Positions 8,149 to 15,663 are shown, counted from the first letter of the stretch. The stretch is 20,000 nucleotides of DNA from an uncultured virus (IMG/VR IMGVR_UViG_3300009034_000021) (IMGVR_UViG_3300009034_000021:51298-71297); one strand, 5' to 3'. The notes: generated from the letters alone by a model not told the origin. Numbers and translations are program-made.

Positions 8149-8190
8149 GTGTGTCCATTAGGCAGTTAATCCTCCTCCACGCCACCGCAG
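8149..8190 (-). repeat. 5' half of tRNA-like element (copy C); near-identical to 10479-10517
   Basis: 34 of 40 positions identical to the 5' part of copy B. Confidence 0.8.
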
Positions 8191-8291
8191 CCCATTTTGC
8201 TTTCCCAGACTACCGTCAAGCTGGCTATCCCACCCTTGCTTTACTCCAGCCCCGTGAGTATCCCGTCACGAGTAGTCCAGGAGTTTCTTGT

Positions 8292-8372
8292 TTAAGAAAC
8301 AGGGCTGAGGAGTAGAAGACCACAGCCAAGTACACATATTGTCAATAGCAGAAGTATTAGAAATGTTTTCAT
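8292..8372 (-). CDS. 26-aa hydrophobic peptide MKTFLILLLLTICVLGCGLLLLSPVS (or truncated secreted-protein gene)
   Basis: Manual translation; signal-peptide-like; weak SD. Confidence 0.4.
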   Translation of the reverse strand: MKTFLILLLLTICVLGCGLLLLSPVS

Positions 8373-8403
8373 TGAGCTTGCGCCTTCTAGTAATTATGTC
8401 AGA

Positions 8404-8518
8404 ACTGCGGGCCGGCTACCCCACCCTGCCGGCTCCCTTTCGCTACTCGTGAGATTATTCGCCAGGTCGGCAGTTCCTGGCGCGCCCACACCCTGGCGTC
8501 TGCCAACGCCACCGCAGT
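8404..8518 (-). ncRNA. tRNA-like structured element (copy A)
   Basis: 7-bp closing stem ACUGCGG/CCGCAGU, D-like arm GCGU-UGGCAG-ACGC, internal hairpin CGCCAGG/CCUGGCG, T-position arm GCCGGC/GCCGGC abutting the 3' strand. Confidence 0.65.
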
Positions 8519-8523
8519 CTGTC

Positions 8524-8733
8524 TCACTTTTTCTTGCTGCCAGTATCCTGCCGTGTTCCCAACACTTGCTCCACGGCTGACAAGGCTGTCAAAAAACCCT
8601 TCCTGAAGATGGCAACGCCAGGATGGTCAGGGAAATTATCCGCCAAGTCTTTGTTGGCTTTATCAATACCATTGAGCACACTTTGTATGTCTTCCCGTGA
8701 GTGAACTTCGGATCGAACCTTGGTCCGTTTCAT
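8524..8733 (-). CDS. hypothetical protein (69 aa)
   Basis: SD AAGGAG. Confidence 0.7.
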   Translation of the reverse strand: MKRTKVRSEVHSREDIQSVLNGIDKANKDLADNFPDHPGVAIFRKGFLTALSAVEQVLGTRQDTGSKKK

Positions 8734-8757
8734 GGCTGTCTTTCTCCTTTTCTAGTA

Positions 8758-9018
8758 TTATTTGAATGGGCAACTCTTGATGTACACGTCGGCAGAATCA
8801 ACGCCCCATTCTGTCACGGTCCCCGAGTGGCCCGAACACCCGTGCATCCGCAAGTCGGAGGGAGTGACCCACTCGTATCTATCGCAATAGAACCACGACT
8901 TGCGAATTTTGATGTGGTAGCACTTCTCTTGTGGGTCACCACATCCAAGTAGTAGGAATGCTAAAATTAAGATCAATAGCAAGATGAACCATGGAGAACG
9001 TAGAGTTTGCTTGGTCAT
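8758..9018 (-). CDS. Small Cys-rich lipoprotein
   Basis: Hydrophobic signal ending in lipobox LLGC; SD AAGGAG. Confidence 0.7.
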   Translation of the reverse strand: MTKQTLRSPWFILLLILILAFLLLGCGDPQEKCYHIKIRKSWFYCDRYEWVTPSDLRMHGCSGHSGTVTEWGVDSADVYIKSCPFK

Positions 9019-9029
9019 ATCATCTCCTT

Positions 9030-10334
9030 TCAGTTTATGGAGCCGCGGGCGGGCGGCGTCGGGGCAAGATCACCACAGCGGTCAATCTCGTAGCTGTCAA
9101 AGATATTGTCATCAGTATCTACTGCGTCCAGACGCAGCCGGCAGTCATCAATTTTTATCTCTAAGAAGTGATTGAGGTCGTCATTGAAAAAGAGTGTAAA
9201 CCAATCACCGAAGGCTGAGAGCAGAGGACCTCCGCCTCCGCCCGTGACATAATAAACTACACCTCCGTCCTGGAGGGTGGTGCAGGTGTTGTTGAGGATA
9301 GGACAGGTTCGCTCATAATGGTGATCGTGTCCATTGAAAACGACATCCACACTATAAGTTTCGAAGATTGGCACCAGGTGGGTCTGTATCTCACTCGTGC
9401 TGCCACTATGGCTGCCGGAACTGTAGGCTGGATGATGGAAGAGGACAAACTTCCAGGGCTGTGTGCTGGCTTGCAGATCGTTCACCAGCCAGTTGTACTG
9501 AGTGCTGCCGGTGCCATAGTCCTGGTTTGTGTCTAATGCCACAAAATGAGCGTTCCCCCAGTCGAAGGAATAGTACTCCTCTTTGTGGCCAAAAGGCGCA
9601 TTACCCGGCAGGTAGTAGACGTCAGTGTAGCCCTGGTATCCACAGCTACCGCCACCCAATTCATGGTTCCCCACGCTGGGATAGAAGGCGGTATCGCCCA
9701 TGATTTGCTGGTAAAGCTGAAAATAAGCCCAGGTATATTGATCCCATGAACTGTCGCTACCAGAGCAATTGCCGCCCTTGTCTACGATGTCGCCGGTATG
9801 AAGAGCCAGGTCAAAACTGTGTTGTTCTATCTCGGCCGCCATGTTCTGGGCACCTGGGCTTGGTGGCAAGCTGACATCATAAGGCCGGCTATCACCCAGG
9901 ACGACAAAGGCGAGCTGTGTTGCTGTGGAATCAGATGCGGTGGTAAAGGCGATCTCCGGCCAAGGCGTTACATCGTTATCATCAATGTGTACCCTGTAAT
10001 AATAAGTGGTCTCTGCCATCAGACCACTGATAGTGGCCGAGTGCCAATGCTTGCCATCGTAGGTGTTGCCAGTGGCGATGGCTACATTACTATAGCTTCG
10101 GTCGAGGCCGTAGTGTATTTTACCAGTCCCTATGTTTTCTGTGGCCCAAGAGATAACCACCGAAGTAGTGGTAGTTTCGCCGATGTACGGATGGACTAGC
10201 AGGCTAGATGAAATTGAATCTTGCTGTACTAAAGGCAAGAACGTTGAATATTCGAATTCGGATTCCTGAGCATAGATCAGAGTCACACATATCAGGACCC
10301 CAACTAATGATACAAACAGCAATATGTATTTCAT
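9030..10334 (-). CDS. Secreted FN3 + calcineurin-like metallophosphoesterase (purple-acid-phosphatase fold)
   Basis: Signal peptide; FN3-like (VVISWAT...ISGLMAETTYYYRV); motifs GDSR, HTGDIVD, GNHE, HHP, GHDHHYER. Confidence 0.92.
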   Translation of the reverse strand: MKYILLFVSLVGVLICVTLIYAQESEFEYSTFLPLVQQDSISSSLLVHPYIGETTTTSVVISWATENIGTGKIHYGLDRSYSNVAIATGNTYDGKHWHSATISGLMAETTYYYRVHIDDNDVTPWPEIAFTTASDSTATQLAFVVLGDSRPYDVSLPPSPGAQNMAAEIEQHSFDLALHTGDIVDKGGNCSGSDSSWDQYTWAYFQLYQQIMGDTAFYPSVGNHELGGGSCGYQGYTDVYYLPGNAPFGHKEEYYSFDWGNAHFVALDTNQDYGTGSTQYNWLVNDLQASTQPWKFVLFHHPAYSSGSHSGSTSEIQTHLVPIFETYSVDVVFNGHDHHYERTCPILNNTCTTLQDGGVVYYVTGGGGGPLLSAFGDWFTLFFNDDLNHFLEIKIDDCRLRLDAVDTDDNIFDSYEIDRCGDLAPTPPARGSIN

Positions 10335-10357
10335 TACTACTTCTTTCTATCAATCAA

Positions 10358-10519
10358 GACTGCGGGCAGGTCTCTCACCTGCTCCCACGTTGGCCCTTCG
10401 TGGCGTCATGGCCATGACGCCACCATGGGGTTTGACGGACAGCGCGAGGCATATCCGTAGTGGGTCTACCAGTCCAGCGTGTCCATTAAGCGGTTAATCC
10501 ACTCCGCGCCGCCGCAGTC
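10358..10519 (-). ncRNA. tRNA-like structured element (copy B)
   Basis: 8-bp closing stem GACUGCGG/CCGCAGUC; canonical 5-bp/7-nt T-arm geometry GCAGG-UGAGAGA-CCUGC; enlarged D-like, anticodon-like and variable regions; no CCA, no TTCG. Confidence 0.7.
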
Positions 10520-10523
10520 CTGT

Positions 10524-10868
10524 TTATCCTTGTTCTTCAACGCGCCCTCTTGCCCATCTGACCCACCGTTTGCGCTCCATCGGCTCCTCTTCTATGTCAA
10601 ATGAACAGAGCCAACAGAAAAGTATACCATCGATTTCTCTCGTCATTATGGGCCAATCCTCTTTGCATCGAGGACAAAAGCCTAAGTCAATTACCTCTGT
10701 CTCTGTCACAATATCCTCCATATTGTCGTAGTCCTGCTTATGTGGTCGGTGTACCGGTCGCCGCCAGCCCCACCTGCCGTACCACCCGTTACCGATCATC
10801 CAGTGGCTCAGGAATTGTGTCCATCCCGGACGACGCCACGTCAATTCGTGGCCTGGCTTGAACCACAC
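10524..10868 (-). CDS. hypothetical Trp-rich protein with CxxC pair
   Basis: CPRC...CWLC; 1-nt overlap with the HNH stop. Confidence 0.6.
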   Translation of the reverse strand: MWFKPGHELTWRRPGWTQFLSHWMIGNGWYGRWGWRRPVHRPHKQDYDNMEDIVTETEVIDLGFCPRCKEDWPIMTREIDGILFCWLCSFDIEEEPMERKRWVRWARGRVEEQG

Positions 10869-11407
10869 TATATTTTTCTCAAAACCATTCCTGCCTCTTC
10901 TGGCGTTCTTGGTCCTTTTTTTCTATTACAGAGAGCACAAGCTGGTACAATATTATCGGCAGTATACCCGCCGCCTTGTGTAACGGGTATCACGTGTTCT
11001 TGTTGTAATGAGCTTACTGTTCCACAATAAGCGCATCTATAGTTATATTGTCGGAGAATCTTTTGCCACTCTATATCCGTCAGGGTTGCTGGCAGGGCTG
11101 CTTTCCGCGCACGGCGGCGTTCGGCCCTGGCCCGATCTGCAGCCTTATATCTTTCTGGATCCCGATCTTTATACCTATAATATTTTTCCCTACGCCGAAC
11201 TAGAGAAAGTGGGTGTGCAGCATCATAGGTTTTTTGGTAAGTCCTTCTTTCCTCCCGATGTGTTTCTCTGTATATCCGCCAAGTCGTAGGATAAGTGTAA
11301 TGTTTCCTGCATTTCTTGCAAGCATACTGCAATCCATCTCTGCGAGTTTTATCTTTATGAAATTCACTTTCGTCCAGAACTCTTTTACATTTTGTGCACT
11401 GCTTCAT
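10868..11407 (-). CDS. HNH endonuclease with N-terminal Zn finger (homing-endonuclease-like)
   Basis: CTKC...CKKC N-terminus; CAYCG...EHVIP..GG...NIVPACALCNRKK. Confidence 0.92.
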   Translation of the reverse strand: MKQCTKCKRVLDESEFHKDKTRRDGLQYACKKCRKHYTYPTTWRIYRETHREERRTYQKTYDAAHPLSLVRRREKYYRYKDRDPERYKAADRARAERRRARKAALPATLTDIEWQKILRQYNYRCAYCGTVSSLQQEHVIPVTQGGGYTADNIVPACALCNRKKGPRTPEEAGMVLRKI

Positions 11408-11414
11408 GACAAAA

Positions 11415-11551
11415 CGCCCCTATCATGGCTGCTAAGGTGTCAGACTAAGCAGGGCGATCCTTTCTCGACCGCACATGATAAGGGCGCTTCGTCCACAATA
11501 TTCATTGTGATCCTATAAAAACAAACCGCCCCTTTGTGCTTAGTCTGACAC
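11415..11551 (-). ncRNA. Three-stem structured leader with loop-to-upstream-target complementarity (C4/CI antisense-like), copy 2
   Basis: 13-bp outer stem (11415-11427/11474-11486, one G-U on minus strand) covering the HNH SD; two inner hairpins; 11437-11451 is perfectly complementary to 11537-11551 (15 bp); ends CGUUUUG like copy 1. Confidence 0.75.
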
Positions 11552-11555
11552 TCCA

Positions 11556-11583
11556 ATTATAGCGGTTTTCGCAGCTTTGTCAA
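11556..11583 (-). promoter_or_regulatory. Consensus sigma70 promoter for leader RNA/HNH
   Basis: TTGACA(11583-11578)-16 nt-TATAAT(11561-11556). Confidence 0.8.
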
Positions 11584-11609
11584 TTCAGCACCTTGACACA
11601 CATCGGCTG

Positions 11610-11819
11610 TTAAGTTATTTTGCGCCAATGTGTAACTCCGTCTTTGGTCGTGAACCACTTGGCAAAGAGAGGTTGCACTTTCCAGCGCCAGCCTGTGAAT
11701 ATTGCCAGTGCTGGCACTGTAGAACCGGTGACCAGCACCAAAAATAGGCCGGTAGGCTTCGGTAATTTTTCTTTTACGGAAATCCACTTCGTTTCTTCAG
11801 GCATGTTGATTTTTCTCAT
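11610..11819 (-). CDS. DUF551-like phage protein
   Basis: WISVKEKLP...VTHW motif; start refined by ATGA overlap (11804 also possible). Confidence 0.75.
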   Translation of the reverse strand: MRKINMPEETKWISVKEKLPKPTGLFLVLVTGSTVPALAIFTGWRWKVQPLFAKWFTTKDGVTHWRKIT

Positions 11820-12007
11820 TCCGTGAGTTGTGGCCTGGCTTGAGAATCTGACTTGCCAGTAAACCATCCATCATAGGAAATCCACTTACCACGAAACCAC
11901 CAGCCGCGCTCGGTTGCATAGTCCCCGTGGCCCAGATATGTTCTCAGTTCATCTCGAATGGCTATTTTGTCCAATAACCAAAGATGGAATCGCTGCCACC
12001 TATTCAT
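11816..12007 (-). CDS. hypothetical protein
   Basis: ORF track; start refined to the ATGA-coupled ATG. Confidence 0.55.
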   Translation of the reverse strand: MNRWQRFHLWLLDKIAIRDELRTYLGHGDYATERGWWFRGKWISYDGWFTGKSDSQARPQLTE

Positions 12008-12132
12008 AACCATGTCCATCTCTCATCCCACCAGGCAGGATGACTGAAAAGTGCATATGCCTGGGTGGTAACGATTGGTTTTCGTCTAAGTCTCTGCAAT
12101 AGACGTTTGATAGCTTTAATTACGTTAGCCAT
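12004..12132 (-). CDS. 42-aa hypothetical peptide
   Basis: Manual translation MANVIKAIKRLLQRLRRKP...WTWL; fills the gap with overlaps at both ends. Confidence 0.5.
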   Translation of the reverse strand: MANVIKAIKRLLQRLRRKPIVTTQAYALFSHPAWWDERWTWL

Positions 12133-12280
12133 CGTTTTGTGCAGTCCGATAGGTTAACAAAACCTTATCGCAATGAGGGCACTTGAATTCAATTCGGTAG
12201 TCGCCGTCTTCGGTCTTCGTGGACGACCGAACAGCGCTCACTACCTTTTCGCACTGCCTACAAACACAAAAGTGTTTCAT
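12125..12280 (-). CDS. zinc-ribbon protein
   Basis: CRQC...CPHC; SD GGAG before ATG 12280. Confidence 0.65.
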   Translation of the reverse strand: MKHFCVCRQCEKVVSAVRSSTKTEDGDYRIEFKCPHCDKVLLTYRTAQNDG

Positions 12281-12282
12281 TT

Positions 12283-12402
12283 CTACTCCGCCGCCATCTC
12301 GTGGCCACAGTCGAGACATACGTATTTCGCCGTGCGTTTACCTGCGCTTACGACGGTTCGCTTGTTGATGTTCGTTGACTTGCACTTCGTGCACTTTACC
12401 AT
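12283..12402 (-). CDS. zinc-ribbon microprotein (39 aa)
   Basis: MVKCTKCKS...YVCLDCGHE. Confidence 0.65.
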   Translation of the reverse strand: MVKCTKCKSTNINKRTVVSAGKRTAKYVCLDCGHEMAAE

Positions 12403-12662
12403 CTCTCGTCTTTCTCCGATTCTGTCACAAGGCGTTTGTAGACAACCCAGAAAGACGAGAGATTGACTTCTGTCGTCCAAACGGAAATCCGCCCTGGCAC
12501 GACACGATCACGAGCATCGGTTGCCGTGTCTTTGATCCGGACAGATGCGCCCGTTTCCCTGATCGCCTGCTCAAGTAAAGGACGTTTTGCAGAAGGATAA
12601 TTGCCGACACAGTGGTCTTTCGTGAGTAGGTATTCGTTCTTCTTAGCTTTTTCCTTATCCAT
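12396..12662 (-). CDS. hypothetical protein (88 aa)
   Basis: SD AAAGGTGA. Confidence 0.65.
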   Translation of the reverse strand: MDKEKAKKNEYLLTKDHCVGNYPSAKRPLLEQAIRETGASVRIKDTATDARDRVVPGRISVWTTEVNLSSFWVVYKRLVTESEKDERW

Positions 12663-12762
12663 CTTCTACTTATCACCTTTCCATTTTTACTGAGCTTAGG
12701 GCGAGGCCGGCGACCCCTCACCGACCCCGCCCACACAAAGGAGGAGAAAAGATGAATTCTGT

Positions 12763-13020
12763 CTACCATTGTCCTGTCGCCATCCGCTCAGAGATGGCCT
12801 GTCGGACATCAAACAACACATGCTCTGCCAGTTCTACTTCAGTCTTTCCTTCTAGTACCTCCAGCAGATACACTACCCATTCTGCCTGCTTTTCAGAGGA
12901 TAGCTTACTGATACTCGTCGCTGCGATGTTCAAGTCATGCATCACGGCAGCTTCCGCGGTGCTTGCCTGTTGCATCATGTTTGATCGACACTGCGCTTTA
13001 TGGTTCTTGATATATCTCAC
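12763..13020 (-). CDS. hypothetical protein (85 aa)
   Basis: GTG start with SD GGAGG. Confidence 0.65.
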   Translation of the reverse strand: MRYIKNHKAQCRSNMMQQASTAEAAVMHDLNIAATSISKLSSEKQAEWVVYLLEVLEGKTEVELAEHVLFDVRQAISERMATGQW

Positions 13021-13143
13021 TTGTTGCCTCCATTGAATTCAATATGCTGGCAGGCGGGTTTCATTGAGCTGACTTCCTGACAGGGATGCTGGTTGGATTT
13101 GTACCCGCCTGCCAGTTACGAGCGGCGCAGGGCTTGATGCCTG

Positions 13144-13533
13144 CTACTGCTTGTTAATAGATTCTTCAATAGCCGCTCTCTCAACTCGGAAGTCCTCAAG
13201 GAGTGCCCTCTCTTCTTCCTGGTATGTTAGTTTCTTAAGAGCCTCTTCATATCGCTTGCGCTCTTGCTCCCTGCCAGACTTGGTGTAAAAACCCATCATG
13301 CGCCGGCGATGCTCTTCTTCTAGTCGTTCGCGCTTAGAGTCGGCATCTTCACCCTTACCGTACCTGGCCTTCAGAGTGGCCAGTCTAGCTTGCTGTTCCT
13401 CACTGAGCCGAGCCATGACATCGTTAAAGCGGTAGTTAGCTTTCCTTTTTCTAAACTCTTTCAGGGCCCTAACGACAGTATGCACTACCTCGCTACCGAA
13501 GTGGATTAGAAGCTCCCAGAGCTCAGGCACCAC
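13144..13533 (-). CDS. coiled-coil hypothetical protein (129 aa)
   Basis: SD AAGGAGG; E/R/K-rich helical sequence. Confidence 0.7.
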   Translation of the reverse strand: MVPELWELLIHFGSEVVHTVVRALKEFRKRKANYRFNDVMARLSEEQQARLATLKARYGKGEDADSKRERLEEEHRRRMMGFYTKSGREQERKRYEEALKKLTYQEEERALLEDFRVERAAIEESINKQ

Positions 13534-13545
13534 GCCTCCTTGTTA

Positions 13546-13767
13546 TTATTCGCACCATACTAAATCTATTGTGATGATTTGTCCTGGCTCTACTATCACG
13601 AATCCCTCATGTGATCCTCTTGTGAAGGCATGTGTCATGGAGATATCTGTAGTGTTCTCCAGGACGATCCTCTCGCTGACACCACAATGAGTCGTTGCCA
13701 ATGCAGGGGAAGTCATCAGGACAATTATGATCAACAGTAATGCCACGATCCCGATTATATTTTTCAT
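13546..13767 (-). CDS. small secreted protein
   Basis: Signal peptide with ALA cleavage motif; SD AAGGAG. Confidence 0.7.
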   Translation of the reverse strand: MKNIIGIVALLLIIIVLMTSPALATTHCGVSERIVLENTTDISMTHAFTRGSHEGFVIVEPGQIITIDLVWCE

Positions 13768-13790
13768 ATCATCTCCTTATATAAATGCAT

Positions 13791-14621
13791 CTATTTGAAT
13801 AACTTATTACGACCGCGTGTGCGCTGCACCGGTATCGCGCTGTCGTGGTCGTCAAATAACTCACTCATGGCTCTGTCCGCCGTATATCTCCGCCAGCAGC
13901 CCGCTTTCGGGTCCAGCCAGAAGACTATGGCTAAACTCCTGGACTGCGGATACTTCGGGTACTTCTCATCGGGATACGTCTGGTATAGTCTGACAAAACC
14001 ACTGTCATTGGAAAGAAACGCATCCTCTGCCAACCACAGCGATTCACCGCTATACCACTGCTGCTTATCGCTGGCTTTCTCAATTGCCAACTTGACTAAC
14101 TCATTCTTGCTCAAGCCGGCAGCCGCCAGTTCTAGCTCAGATTTATTGCCCTGACCGATGAGCAGCGACCCCGCCATCCTTTCATAGGTAGAGATAGCGG
14201 TCGCTAGGTCAGGCTTGGTCTCGCGCATGACACCCCAGGCCGACATGCCCGACTGGGCAGACTTGACGGAGAATGTCTCGCCACCTACTCTGGCTAATCG
14301 TTCGGCGTCGGCTTGGTCGTTGCACCAGGACAACTCCTTGCCCTGGACTTCGGCGGCCACCAGACAGGCTGCCCGGACGTGGTAGCAGACAGCGTGACTA
14401 TTACCGTGGCAGGCGTCGCCGCTATCATCATCCTGTCGGAAGCAATAGGCACTAAGATGCTTGTTGCGGCTGAATGAGACTTCGTAGTGTCGCTTTTCGT
14501 GACCAGGCACATAAAAGCGCGTCGGCCGGCCTGCGTCGTCGTTTTTGATAGGTCGGCCTGCACCGTCCATTTTCAGTACGTGGACAAATTCTTTGACATT
14601 CCTTGCACTCTTAATGTTCAT
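13791..14621 (-). CDS. hypothetical protein with SWIM-like Zn finger (276 aa; start refined to MNIKSAR)
   Basis: YEV...AYC..x..AC HGNSHAV CYH; SD GGAG before ATG 14621. Confidence 0.7.
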   Translation of the reverse strand: MNIKSARNVKEFVHVLKMDGAGRPIKNDDAGRPTRFYVPGHEKRHYEVSFSRNKHLSAYCFRQDDDSGDACHGNSHAVCYHVRAACLVAAEVQGKELSWCNDQADAERLARVGGETFSVKSAQSGMSAWGVMRETKPDLATAISTYERMAGSLLIGQGNKSELELAAAGLSKNELVKLAIEKASDKQQWYSGESLWLAEDAFLSNDSGFVRLYQTYPDEKYPKYPQSRSLAIVFWLDPKAGCWRRYTADRAMSELFDDHDSAIPVQRTRGRNKLFK

Positions 14622-14784
14622 TTTTCTTCTCCGTTTTGTCCAATAATGCATCCAGCGAAACCGATACAATAATATCATCCTTGACAACCTGCAACGAAAA
14701 GCCACCGTCCACCACAGTTTGCCAACTATGAATTTTAAGTCTGGTGGTTTCAACTACATTGTGTTCAGGCTCCTGGGTGTTCAT
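14611..14784 (-). CDS. 57-aa hypothetical protein
   Basis: Manual translation MNTQEPEHNVVETTRLKIHSW...; SD GAGGT. Confidence 0.6.
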   Translation of the reverse strand: MNTQEPEHNVVETTRLKIHSWQTVVDGGFSLQVVKDDIIVSVSLDALLDKTEKKNEH

Positions 14785-14795
14785 AACTACCTCAC

Positions 14796-14945
14796 TTAGT
14801 CGTACTCAAACCACTCATCAATATGAGTAATTTCGTCCCCATGCCCACAATCCCATTCGTTGTCACTTGGTCTGGGATTCTTTTCTACCTTGACGATCTC
14901 TCCGTCTACTACATCGGGATCTGGAAGTGCTTTGGGTGGTTTCAT
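14796..14945 (-). CDS. 49-aa acidic hypothetical protein
   Basis: Manual translation MKPPKALPDPDVVDGE...EWFEYD; SD AAGGAG. Confidence 0.6.
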   Translation of the reverse strand: MKPPKALPDPDVVDGEIVKVEKNPRPSDNEWDCGHGDEITHIDEWFEYD

Positions 14946-14969
14946 CTTAGTTGTCTCTCCTTGGTAACC

Positions 14970-15193
14970 AACACTCCCATCCAGCCTCGTCCATATCCCG
15001 GTCGGTGTCCCACTGCGTATCTCGGCGAGCGGCTGGGAGCAGCCAGTTTCGGTCTATGTATGTTTGGCTCAGTCCGGCTCCCGTGCACGACTCTGCCAGT
15101 GCGTTTTTACAACCTTCGCCCGTTCGCCGCCTCTCCGATTCGCACGGAGCGGTTTACGTGGCTAGCCGGTGAACGAGGCCAGACGGGAATGTT
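14970..15193 (-). ncRNA. ~224-nt intergenic structured RNA
   Basis: 21-bp uninterrupted closing stem with 4 G-U pairs on the minus strand only; nested stems 15077-15086/15142-15150 and 15041-15045/15065-15069. Confidence 0.65.
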
Positions 15194-15250
15194 GATTATG
15201 GAATTGTTAAAATCTGTCTAAAGTAAATTATTGCGCTAGCCTTCCTGTGT

Positions 15251-15610
15251 CTAGGCACTCACCATCTCTGCCGGTGCATTGTACTCCAGCACTGCCTGCA
15301 TCAATTCTGTCGGTGTTCGACCCCTGGCCGTAAACTTGCGCGACCCCACACCATCTTTGTAAATCTGCGCGACATAATGTTCCGTCGTTGCCCTGATGAG
15401 GCCCAGAGAAAGCTTTGCTATCTTCATTCTCGTCAGAAGAGCTATTTCCTCGTCCGATGCGGGCTTCGTCCAGAAATTGCGTCCGCTTGCTGCATATTTT
15501 GCTTCCCGATTGAGCTTTTTTTTCGCCTCGCCAGCCGAGGCATATAATGTCCGATTTTTCTCTTTCGCATGAACACCTCGTATTAACCAAGTCGGCTTTT
15601 TCTTTCCCAT
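15251..15610 (-). CDS. basic hypothetical protein (start refined to MGKKKP)
   Basis: SD AAAGGGG; first gene after the promoter at 15664-15692. Confidence 0.7.
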   Translation of the reverse strand: MGKKKPTWLIRGVHAKEKNRTLYASAGEAKKKLNREAKYAASGRNFWTKPASDEEIALLTRMKIAKLSLGLIRATTEHYVAQIYKDGVGSRKFTARGRTPTELMQAVLEYNAPAEMVSA

Positions 15611-15663
15611 CAGACTAACCCCTTTCATTTACTATGTTATCTTAAGTCCTCAACCTCACCTAA

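Noticed and set aside
8330..8345. TTGACA on minus strand as a promoter
   Set aside because: No acceptable -10 hexamer at 16-18 nt spacing
8404..10519. Calling the tRNA-like elements true tRNA genes
   Set aside because: No 7-nt anticodon loop, no TTCRA T-loop, no CCA; lengths 115 and 162 nt
10868..11551. IscB/OMEGA (HEARO) system
   Set aside because: Protein lacks the PLMP motif and split RuvC; it is a simple Zn-finger HNH
12737..13036. Plus-strand 94-aa ORF with strong SD AAAGGAGGAG
   Set aside because: Antisense to a well-formed minus-strand gene, Ser/Cys-rich shadow composition, no plus-strand promoter seen; not fully excluded
13047..13115. SRP RNA
   Set aside because: Only loose resemblance (UCAGGAAG); the conserved helix-8 GNRA/GGAAGCAGC arrangement is absent
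14622..14753. N-terminal 44 aa of the 320-aa ORF call
   Set aside because: Better explained by an overlapping 57-aa gene and an SD-supported start at 14621
15030..15080. Hammerhead ribozyme in the structured RNA
   Set aside because: CUGAG...GAAAC is present but the CUGANGA core and required stems are not
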